A stretch of DNA of 64,000 nt. It comes from Octopus sinensis (Eukaryota). Positions 27,397-37,541 of the stretch are shown one piece after another (positions within the stretch are counted from its first letter, which is position 1; every line of letters starts with the position of its first letter). The position numbers and the translations under genes were made by a program. The stretch is taken from contig NC_042997.1 in NCBI RefSeq assembly GCF_006345805.1, forward strand, positions 112,840,001-112,904,000, written 5' to 3'. Below the pieces are notes generated by a model. It was not told where the DNA came from, made no database searches, and was given only the letters and a program-made list of their open reading frames with translations.

Positions 27397-27666
27397 TTGG
27401 GGAAATTTCGATCTTGGGATCTCATTCTTAAAGTACTTTTCGATATTGCTGTTGTTATTATGATTACTATTATTATTCAGGTCACTGCTTGGAATTGAAC
27501 TCGGAATCTTGAGGTTAGTAGCCTGCACTCTTAACCACTATGCCAAATGCTCACTCAAGATTCCGAGTTTGATTCCAAGCAGTAACCTGAACAACAACAA
27601 CAACAACAGCAACAACAACATCGAGAATACCTTAAGAATGAGAACCCAGGTTCGAAATTCCCCCAA

Positions 27667-27710
27667 GACACCTGATGAAGGCTTGAGGGTATATCAGCTG
27701 AAACGATCTA
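27667..27710 (+). ncRNA. Degenerate hammerhead motif, right arm
   Basis: GACAC-CTGATGA-A-GGCTT-gagggtatat-CAGCT-GAAAC-GATCT: the core is intact, stem II is imperfect and the cleavage triplet is lost. Confidence 0.5.
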
Positions 27711-28188
27711 ACAACAAACAAGATGAGGATAAATATCCATCAAATGTAAATAGTGTACATAATTCCTCATCTCTTAAATATAGAACTGTCTATAGATATG
27801 GTGGAAGTGTGCAGCCTAGTGGTGAAGGTGTTGGTCTCATGATCACAAGATTATGGTTTCAATTCCTGGACCAGGCAATGCATTGTGTTCTTGAGCAAAA
27901 CACTTCATTTCATCTTGCTCCAGTCCACTCAGCTGACAAAAATGAGTAATCCTGCAACAGACCGGCATCCCATCCAGGAGGTAACTATATATATATACCA
28001 CAGAAACCAAGAAGCCAGCCCTTATGAGTCCATAGGGTTTGAGAACGATGCTTTGTCCTTTTATATGTGTGTGTGTTTGTGTGTGTGTGCATCTATGTAT
28101 GTATGTGTGTGTACAGGATACAAATGCTTTAACTATGAATTACCAACAAATAATAAAATATAGTTGGTACTTTTTCTATCTCTCTACA

Positions 28189-28911
28189 TCAACCCTTTCA
28201 ATACCAACCTGGCAAACCAGCTCTGGCTCTGTAGTACAAATGTCTTGTTTTCTTAAGTTTTGAATTAAAATCTTCCACCGAACTTTAGTCACAATTTATG
28301 TTCCTAACACTAGCTGAATGATAACTAAGTTATTTTACTAAATTCCTAGTTATATTTGAAGTAATTGAAAGAAACACAGAGCATCTCAACAGAAATACAG
28401 TAACAAAAGGGTTAAGATATACAATAGACAATTCTTAACCCTTTCGATACCAACCAGGCTGAAACTGCTTCTGGCTCTGTTGTACAAATGCCTTGTTTTC
28501 AAAAGTTCTGAATTAAAATCTTCCACCGAACTTTAGTCACAATTTATGTTCCTAACACTAGCTGAATGATAACTAAGTTATTTTACTAAATTCCTAGTTA
28601 TATTTGAAGTAATTGAAAGAAACACAGAGCATCTCAACAGAAATACAGTAACAAAAGGGTTAAGATATACAATAGACAATTCTTAACCCTTTCGATACCA
28701 ACCAGGCTGAAACTGCTTCTGGCTCTGTTGTACAAATGCCTTGTTTTCAAAATTTCTGAATTAAAATCTTCCACCAAACTTTAGTCACAATTTATGTTCC
28801 TAACACTAGCTTAATGATAACTAAGTTATTTTACTAAATTCTTTGTTATATTTAAATTAATTGAAAGAAACACAGAGCATCTCAACAGAAATACCGTAAC
28901 AAAAGGGTTAA
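28189..28911. mobile_element. Three tandem piggyBac-like MITEs (~228 bp each) separated by an identical 19-bp spacer
   Basis: Copies at 28189-28415, 28435-28663 and 28683-28911, each ttaaccctttcg...caaaagggttaa, with the spacer gatatacaatagacaattc twice. A solo copy lies at 43584-43795. Confidence 0.85.
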
Positions 28912-28919
28912 AAGAGTAA

Positions 28920-29215
28920 AATAATGACCATGGGATTGCACCGACAAACTTCCTCTCCAAGGCACAAGTTTGAGCAAGGTTGTTTTATGGAAGACCAGCA
29001 GTCGCCCATGCATACCAGCCTCCCCTCTTCACGCCTCCAATGTTATCCAAGTGAAAAGCAAAGGGGCCGTTACAGCTCATTTCTATAGATCAGTGAACTG
29101 GGGCAATGTGGAATCAAATGTCTTGCTCAAGAACACAAAACACAACCTGGCCTGGGAATTGCATTCACAACCTCGTAGACGTAAGCTTGACACTCTAACC
29201 ACTGAGCTATGCACC
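28920..29215 (-). mobile_element. tRNA-derived SINE family 4 (gctcagtggttag...cttgagcaagacatt... type), representative copy
   Basis: tRNA-like head on the minus strand. Related heads or bodies occur at approximately 6490-6730(-), 8925-9190(+), 12400-12600(+, partial) and 27805-28045(+); more than one subfamily may be pooled here. Confidence 0.6.
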
Positions 29216-29380
29216 TCATACATTATACCGTGGCTAACTTAGCTTTCATACTTTTGGGGTCAACAAAAAATACCAATAAAGGTTGTTGGATTGATGAAAC
29301 TGTAAGAACATGAGACCAGATGCCTTCCAGTATTTGTTCTGGCTTTTTGCATTTTTAGTTTAAATCCTGCTGTGACCTAC

Positions 29381-29536
29381 TTGGGTGATAGACTAAATCC
29401 ATCATTTGGCATCAGGGTTAACTTTAGAGGAGGAATGTACTCAAGCGAGGTCTCCGGCTTGGGGACATCTTTCTCCCTCTCTTTCACCAACATCAGAAGC
29501 CCGTTAAAGGGTCACTGGCACTGTTTTCCCCTTTGA
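29381..29536 (-). CDS. Candidate exon of the minus-strand gene (ORF MLVKEREKDVPKPETSLEYIPPLKLTLMPNDGFSLSP from ATG at 29493, phase-2 donor)
   Basis: Acceptor ttttaatatacttatactttag| at 29537 and donor CCCAA|GTAGGT at 29380, in unique sequence. All three frames from the acceptor meet a stop before or near the ATG, so it works only as a start-containing exon or with a 1-nt assembly error. Confidence 0.35.
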
Positions 29537-30596
29537 CTAAAGTATAAGTATATTAAAAACTTGTACAGATAGCATGTCAATCCTTTGATGCTGGTACATG
29601 ATGTCATTCACCCATACAACCTTCCCTCATGACATAAATAAAGAGGCTAGACTGAAAAAGAGGGTAAACAATATCGTTTCCTCACACTGACCCTCTATAG
29701 ACAAATGCTGAAGGAATGTCAAATATCACTACTTTTACAAATACAAATTTTAGTATTTGTCAAATGGTAACTTTTCACTCCATGAAAGTCAAAAACTCAC
29801 TAGGATTGAAAGAGCTGAAGAAAAAAATAATAATCTTTTCTTCTATAAACATAAAGCCTGAAAATAAGGGAGAGGGTGTTAGTTGATTACACTGACCCCA
29901 AGGCTCAACTGGCAGTAATTTCATTGATCCTGAAAGGATGAAAGGCACAGACAGCCTAAAAAGCACCATCCAAATATGGCTGATGCCAGCCCCCTCACAC
30001 TGACTGGCTCCCATGCCAGTGGTACATAAAAAGCACTATCTGAACGTGGCCGATGCCAGGACCCCCTGACTGGCTCTTCTGCCAGTGGCACGTAAAAAGC
30101 ACCCACTACACTCTCAGAGTGGTTGGCATTAAGAAGGGCATCCAGCTGTAGAAAACCTTGCCAGATCAGATTGGAGCCTGATGCAGCCACTGGCTTTCCA
30201 GATCTCAGTCAAACCCATGTCAGCATGGAAAACAGATGTTAATCAATGATGGTGATGATGATGTTAGCTAAATCAATCTAAACTTGGCTGTATGGGTTTG
30301 TGGAACATGAACAAGTAGTTAAGTAGTAAAATATTTTGACTCTGTAACTCGTGTAAACATATTGACAGTGGTTGGCGGTGGAGATTAAAATTTAAACCTT
30401 CTGTCGATAAATTCCATACATACATTTGTATGTATACTTATGCACACAAACAATTTCAAATAGTTTAGAGGACCGAGTCAAAAGGTTTTAAAATAATAAT
30501 TTGAGAAACAATTGGTGTTTTAAGCTAGCATTTCATTTCAATGGTAAGGAATGATTCCTCTGAGTGCATCTGTGTATATGTATGTATATGTATGTA

Positions 30597-30644
<48 letters not shown>

Positions 30645-30682
30645 TACCTACTCTAGTGCACATCTTCGACTTTGTTTCCGCG

Positions 30683-31575
30683 TAACTTTCGGGAAAATGG
30701 ATATTTTTAAATGAAATGTTCTACAAATACGTTTCAGATCGTGTAGATTTCGATTATCTCGGAATTTGAGGTTAAAAAAAAAATTCTTAGAGTCGGGAAA
30801 AGGAGTTTCGAAAAATTCGCATGAATTTGCTTTGTTTCCTCATAACTTTCAGAAAAACGGGTATTTTTTTATGAAATTTTCTACAGATACCTTTCAGATG
30901 ATGTAGATTACGATTATATTGGAATCTGATATGACAAAAAATATAATAATAATAAAAAGAACTTGGTGGGCTCGTACACATACATACTGATTGATACACG
31001 ACGTATAGTATCTACAAAACGAAACTTGAATAGCGAAAAAAAAATTGCGAGGTATACTTTTTTACTCTTTTACTTGTTTCAGTCATTTGATTGTGGCCAT
31101 GCTGGAGCACCGCCTTTAGTCGAGCAAATCGACCCCAGGACTTATTCTTTGTAAGCCTAGTACTTATTCTATCGGTATCTTTTGCTGAACCGCTAAGTTA
31201 CCGGGACATAAACACACCAGCATCAGTTGTCAAGCGATGTTGGGGAGACAAACACACGCATACATATATATATACATATATACGACGGGCTTCTTTCAGT
31301 TTCCGTCTACCAAATCCACTCACAAGGCTTTGGTCAGCCCAAGGCTATAGTAGAAGACGCTTGCCCTAGGTGCCATGCAGTGGGACTGAACCCGGAACTA
31401 TGTGGTTCGTAAGCAAGCTACTTACCACAAAGCCACTCCTATGTCAAAATATTTGTATGCGTGCCCTGAAATTTTATTTTTCACATTAAATTGCGATATA
31501 ATGGTAATCTGCACCATCCGAGATGTATTTGTAGAAAATTTCATTCAAAAATATCCATTTTTCTGGAAGCTATGA
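30683..31575. mobile_element. Unclassified DNA element with ~85-bp subterminal repeats (two direct, one inverted), interrupted by a SINE at 31055-31440
   Basis: The motif aactttc.ggaaaatggatattttt...ttctacaaatac.tttcagat..tgtagatt occurs at about 30683 and 30841, and its reverse complement at about 31495-31575. Confidence 0.5.
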
Positions 31576-33039
31576 ATACACAAAGTCTGGTGGGTATTTC
31601 ACACACACTTGTATAGGTATTCACACACACAGACACACCTTAATTATATCATGTATCATCTGTGTCTGTGAGATACAAGATGATGTCACTTGGATAAGTA
31701 AAGAATTACGACACTGCGACAAGTTAGTGAAGCAGCACAGACTGACGAGCCAACCTCCGGGTGGATGACATTTCGCCAGATTCCTCAGCATTCATGCACT
31801 TTTAAAAATAAATGCAGACGTTTGTTTTATCTTGTTTCAGCATTTTTTCCACTGTAATCGCTAAATTAGCTCGATAAATTTATGAATTATTATATGCAGG
31901 AAAGAGAGGATATGATGACGGTCGACACCTCTCACTTGCGATTATTTTCGCAGTCTGGATTTACAAAGACTAAAGTAAAAGAACCCAAATGTTACCCCGC
32001 CCTTAAGAGACCCAAAGAGAAGGCCAAGAGGAAAATTAACAGACATTAGTGACGGGAGATGTTGCTCAAGGGAATCCATAGGCTTAGCTATCAGTGAAAT
32101 GATATTGTATACAGAGAGTGAGAAAGAGAGAGAGATACACACAAAGAGAAAGAAAGAAAATAGGAGAGAGATGAAGGGAGAGGATTAAAAGACAAAGAGA
32201 GAGTGAAGGAGCAAAAATAGAGAGATGTAGAGAACAGAAACCAGAGGAGGAGCAATAGAGAGAACTAGAAGACATAAAGGAAGAGAGACAGGGCAGAAAA
32301 TAAATAAAGAGAGGATAAGAGAGAGGGGAGAGAAAAGGGAGAAAGAGGAAGACAAAAGGAGAGAGGGGGAAGAAGATAGAGAAGGCACGAGAAAGAGGGG
32401 GAGGAGGGGAGACCATTCTTGAATATTAAATGGAACTTTTAAACAGAAATGAAGAAAAATATTGGATCTGTTTGACAAATAATGTAATCTTCATATAAAA
32501 ACTTACAGTAAAGTATTAACAACTAAAATGCGACAGGTAGATAGAAATAATGGGGAAATGATAGAGAGGGAATACGGAATTATTAAAGAAAAAAATATTT
32601 AAGACCTCCCTTACAGAGTTTGTTTAAGTTTAAATAACTATTTGAGGTGAATTAAAAAAAAGTATGAAATACCAATAATTTATTGTGTGATAATTTATTA
32701 TTCGAAAGTTCATTAAAACTATGCAAAAATTATCAAAATTGAAAGCATTATTTTTGTGGGGGTCGTTTCTGGCTGCAAGCGTTACCTTGGAGTTAAAAAC
32801 GAAAATAACAAAAAAGGAAACGAATGTTTATTAGATATGGAAGAGACACACAGCACTTAACTTATTACATTTATTAGGTATTTCTAGAGTAGTAATTAGA
32901 CATTTCTCGTTAATTTAAAAGGGAAAGAAAACAAACTTTCAAGATCAGAGTTGGAAACCAACTTTAAAAAGATTTAGAAATAAAAGTGACGCAGAAATCA
33001 CTGAAAAAATGTGGACAATATGTACAAGATTCTAGTAAA

Positions 33040-33410
33040 ATGTTGGCAATATTTCTAATATTTTAGTAACATACTTGTTATATTCACAATATTCTAGTAA
33101 AATACCAGTAATATCTACAATATTCCTGTAAAATACTGACAATATTTACAACATTCCTACAAAATGCTGGCCATATTCACAATATACCTGCGAAATGTTG
33201 GTTATATTTACACTATTCCTGTAAAATACTTGTTATATTTACTATATCCAAGTAAAATACTAGTTATATTCACTATATACCTGTGAAATACTAATTATAT
33301 TTACACCCTACCTGCCAAATACCCGTTATATTTACAATATTCCTGTAAAATATAGACAGTATTATAATATTCCAGAAAAATACTGGCAATATTTACAGCA
33401 CTCCTATAAA
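33040..33410. repeat. Degenerate ~30-bp minisatellite (atattcacaatattcctgtaaaatactggca-like)
   Basis: About a dozen diverged tandem units are visible. Confidence 0.75.
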
Positions 33411-33937
33411 ATGGTAACTTAAGTTATGTTCCACAATTGTTATAATCCAGAAATAAAGAAATTAAATCTCATTTATTAACACTTAACGTTGATTAACAAC
33501 ACATAGGTCTACTTGTAAAGCTTCGACTCCGTTTAACAAAATAAATAAATATATTCCAATTAAGTTTTCTTCTGTTAATTAATTAATTACACACTCCAGC
33601 CACAAAAATTGTTTTTTTTTTAATTTTTAAAAAGGAAAATAACAATAATAATAATAATAATAATAATGATAATAATAATAAATGTGCAATACTTGGGATA
33701 CCTTGTGTTAGTTGTTTGATGATTGCGTGTTTTTATTTTTAAAAAGGAAAATAATAATAATATAATAATAATAATAATAATAATAAACGTGGGATACCCT
33801 TGTGTTAGTTGTTTGATGATTGCGTGATTAACAATAATATAAGGGAAGATGTTTGTTATGGCATGTTGTTACAGGACAGTAAAGAATATTATCAATGCAG
33901 AAATATGTTTTAAGAGTTCGAAACAAACTGATCTTAC

Positions 33938-34055
33938 CCATAGAACTACGGGCCTGCTTTTGGTAGTGGGGAGGATCCCGATTATTCGATTTCTTAGGGA
34001 TTGCAGAAGAGCAGCATCCGTCTGCAGTCCCTGGGTTTTTGTTAGAATCAGCCAT
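33938..34055 (-). CDS. Probable first coding exon of an unidentified gene divergent from GDI (MADSNKNPGTADGCCSSAIPKKSNNRDPPHYQKQARSSM, phase-1 donor)
   Basis: Non-repetitive, CpG-containing ORF start with protein-like composition. It ends at ATG G|GTAAGA, a strong donor (GT at 33937-33936), and lies next to the CpG-rich intergenic zone. The protein family was not recognised. Confidence 0.6.
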
Positions 34056-34867
34056 GTAATAATATAAACCGAAGTGATAAAAAAGATGGAAATATCTGAC
34101 GTTCTCTCAACGATTGCCCCCTTTTTTCTCTCTCTCTCTCGTTTGAATACGTTTCTTTGGTTTTTCCTCTTTAGTTACAGCATTACTTCGGTGGATTTTG
34201 AGAGCTGTAAGGTTTGGTTTGACCTCTCCGCTGATGTTGTCATCATCGCCGTTCTTTCTCTCCGCCGATCTTCATTGTTGCTGATCTCACCGTGCAAGAG
34301 GTGGTGGTGGGGGGAGAGGAAAGAAATTTCAACCATTTATGAAAAATAAATCGAAAATTAATTAAAGCGTCAAATTTTATATTAGATCATGATTACATTT
34401 TTCTAAGTTTGCTTTTCTATTCGATTATACACTCATCGCATTTATTATAAAGTTGTATTTTGCCTCACGACATAACCTGTCCGAATTTCGGTAAGGGCGC
34501 TGTCAAAGCTATCAGCATGCCTTTGGAGTCGGTTTGTCAAAGAAATATTCTTTTCAACTCTTCACGAAGGATTCAAAACAAACAAATTACTTGATGTTTG
34601 TGAAATACAATAAAAATAAATAGTTGTTCTTTTCATTCTGACTATAAAATAACTTTTTGTTTGTTGTTATTGTTATTTATACGTGTTTCTCACGGTATGA
34701 CTACAAAATTTGGTAACCGGTTTTAAAATATACATACATTATATATATATATATATATTATATATATATATATATATCTATACAATAGATAAATTTCCTC
34801 TATTTACATAATATTGAGGTCTCTTTCTTTTGTTATCTTACCGTTTTATCAATATATATATATATAT

Positions 34868-34931
<64 letters not shown>

Positions 34932-36188
34932 ATGACTGTGTATCTATCGTATATATATGTGTGTATGTGTGTGTGCGTGCGTGTATATATATTTATGTGT
35001 GTGTAGGTATGTTTCATGTGAAAATCACTTGGGCTAATTTTTAAATGTAGAAATAAATTATGTAATATTCTTCAGGAAGATATTTCATAATTGTTAATTT
35101 AAAAAATGATGTCATTTAATATTAATTTAAAAACAATATTTTTTTTCACAAGCTATTCAATATTTCTAAGTAATTATTTTTTAAAAAATACGAAAAAACT
35201 AATTTATTTTTATTTGAGCAATTTTTGCAAAGTTCGCTAAATAAATTAAATGACCCGGAAATGATTACAACCGTGGAGGTCAATTACATTTATTATCGTT
35301 TAGGAAGTTTCAATTGTATGAATACACATTTGTCATTTAAATAATTATTATCAAAAGAAAAGATTAACTTCAATAAGAATTAGGATCGAAGACGACGTCT
35401 GGAAGCGTCAATATTTGTTGCAAAAAATTATTTTCTAACTGCGAACTATATTATTTCACGGCGCCTCATTACGTCTCCATAGCGCAATCACGGCCGTCCT
35501 AATGAAGAATTCCTCCCTCTCTATCATTAATGTTTAGTAATTGTAGTAGTAATGGTGCAGCTGCTTTCTTGCTAACTCACAACACTATAGCTTGTGGAAC
35601 CTTCTAACTGCTTCCTCCGCTATACATGTCGTCAAATCAATTCATACGCCGCAACAGCCCAGCAGTATCACCACTACCACCATCGTTATTACCATATAGT
35701 AGCACCACCTAAATTATTAGTAACATAGCAGCCACCGCCACCACTATCATCACCAGCTGTACTATAACCATTACCACCGCCGTTACCATTATCAGCAGTA
35801 GCAGCGTTACCACTGCTACCATCATCAGTAATACCGTCACTGTTCCTCACTATCACCCCCATTAGCAGTCATACATTACCGCCGCTACCACCACCACCAT
35901 CAGCAGTAATACAGCAACTAACACCGCCACTACCACCATCAGCAGCTACCACCACCACCGCCGCCACCACCATCAGCAGTTCTTCAGCCACTACCACCAC
36001 CGCCACCATCACCGGCAGTAATACAGCAGCCACCATATTTTATGTCATCTCACAGCCATCTTGTTTCCAGAAATTCTTCTTTTCAACCAATTTACAAATC
36101 GAATTGACCAAAGAATTATTAGTGTTTTTTTTTAAAAAAGCCCTCCCTATTTCATTTCTGTTCACATTATATCACAAATCTATTCAAC
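34056..36188. promoter_or_regulatory. Putative bidirectional promoter and 5' UTR interval between the minus-strand gene and GDI
   Basis: Lies between two divergent ATG-bearing exons. CpG-rich patches occur at about 34440-34560 and 35380-35520 against a CpG-depleted background. A YY1-like GCCATCTT at 36055-36062 is followed by a pyrimidine tract about 125 nt upstream of the GDI ATG. No TSS data are available. Confidence 0.5.
35640..36035. repeat. ACC/AGC/AGT trinucleotide-type low-complexity tract upstream of GDI
   Basis: Repeated accaccaccatcagcagt-like motifs; the ORF track shows no ATG-initiated ORF of 60 aa or more here. Confidence 0.75.
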
Positions 36189-36233
36189 ATGGATGAGAGT
36201 TACGATGTTATTGTCTTAGGCACTGGGCTTAAG
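36189..36233 (+). CDS. GDI1: Rab GDP-dissociation inhibitor, coding exon 1 (15 codons, phase-0 intron follows)
   Basis: ATG GAT GAG AGT TAC GAT GTT ATT GTC TTA GGC ACT GGG CTT AAG = MDESYDVIVLGTGLK, followed by the donor GTAAGA at 36234. This matches the Rab GDI N-terminus (MDEEYDVIVLGTGL[T/K]) and the 45-nt first coding exon of vertebrate GDI1/GDI2. The expected exon 2 (ECILSG...) was not found downstream. The symbol denotes the family; paralog assignment is not possible here. Confidence 0.92.
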
Positions 36234-37065
36234 GTAAGAATTTGCCAACCTTTTTTTTTTCCTTCATACATTTCACAGCAAATTACACAAAACGATTCTG
36301 GCTTCTTTTTTTTCTAGCTCTCTTGTAAATGATTATACATGAAAATGCAGCCACAAAATAATATCATAAATAAATTCATATTTCATCTTAAAATATATTG
36401 TGTGTGTATTAAATCTTTCAATGATGCTTATTGCTTTTGTGCAGTGGGTGGGTATTTTGATCGAAATATTCCTTATTCTTTCCAAACCATTTAATTATTA
36501 CTCAAGTGGTTATAAATCTACATTGTTATATCTCATCTGAAGACTATTTGATGCCTTGATCTCTTTATCCTGCTTGTAATATCTATCTATCTATCTATAT
36601 TTTTTTCTATTTCTTGAATCCTTTTTCTTTCTATATCTTGTTATAGAAAATAGAATAAAATACAAAATGTCAAATCTATCCATGTACCCCGGCTTTCTTC
36701 GACTAGTTTACTTTATACATTTGCATATATTTTAAATGGGAAATCATCAAGCGAGCTGACTATTCGTTAGATTAAGCCTGTATCTTCACTGAATCTGTGT
36801 AACTCTGCTAAGGAATTCTAACGTCAGGTTGGATGGTATGCAGCTCTCCTCACACACTCTAAATTATTACTGTTGCATTGAAATAAATATATATTATCGA
36901 TATATACATATACACACACACACACACACATTTGTGTGACGGTGAGAGTTGCATATCTATATACACATTGGTGTGTGTGTGAATAGATGTAATCATACAC
37001 ACACACACATATATCCATCTATCTATATCCATCCATCTGTATATATATCCATCTATCTATATAGC

Positions 37066-37096
<31 letters not shown>

Positions 37097-37213
37097 CCTT
37101 CGATGTTTCGCTGTGAATTGTTTCATAGATGGCAGTCTATAAATTATATATTTAACAGTCTCTTTCTAGGACTACTTGTAAATTCAGACCCGAACGGTGT
37201 GCTTATATATATA

Positions 37214-37295
37214 CAGGGGTGGCCATAAGTCGCTTTACCCATTTCCTTATTTTTATTATTATTAGGTGAAGGTAAAGCGACTTATTTCCATCCCT

Positions 37296-37296
<1 letters not shown>
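37214..37296. mobile_element. 83-bp Tc1/mariner-type mini-MITE
   Basis: TA|CAGGGGTGGCCATAAGTCGCTTTAC (37214-37238) versus the reverse complement of 37272-37296, TAGGGATGGAAATAAGTCGCTTTAC (21/25). Confidence 0.6.
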
Positions 37297-37328
<32 letters not shown>

Positions 37329-37474
37329 ATGTATGTGTGCGTGTGTATTTAAATTAACTGAACTACGTGTTGACTTGAAAATGGTCGCTCTGATTAATTT
37401 CCTTCTGATCAATTTATTACACTACTTAAGCAATTTCAGTTAATTAATCATCATACAAATGTTGTTTTTTTTTA

Positions 37475-37541
<67 letters not shown>

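Larger units (their letters stand above)
27294..27800. mobile_element. Palindromic (head-to-head) Penelope-like/SINE element with a tRNA-like head and a hammerhead-like motif in each arm
   Basis: Arms at about 27306-27545 (-) and 27554-27788 (+) are reverse complements. A 12-bp direct repeat TCTATAGATATG lies at 27294-27305 and 27789-27800. A box TGGCATAGTGG (27545-27535, -) and B box GAGTTCAATTCC are present, with a CTGATGA...GAAAC core in both arms. Confidence 0.75.

Noticed and set aside
27481-27545. tRNA-like sequence; similar heads in all SINE copies
   Set aside because: It has A and B boxes but no complete acceptor stem or cloverleaf; these are SINE heads, not tRNA genes.
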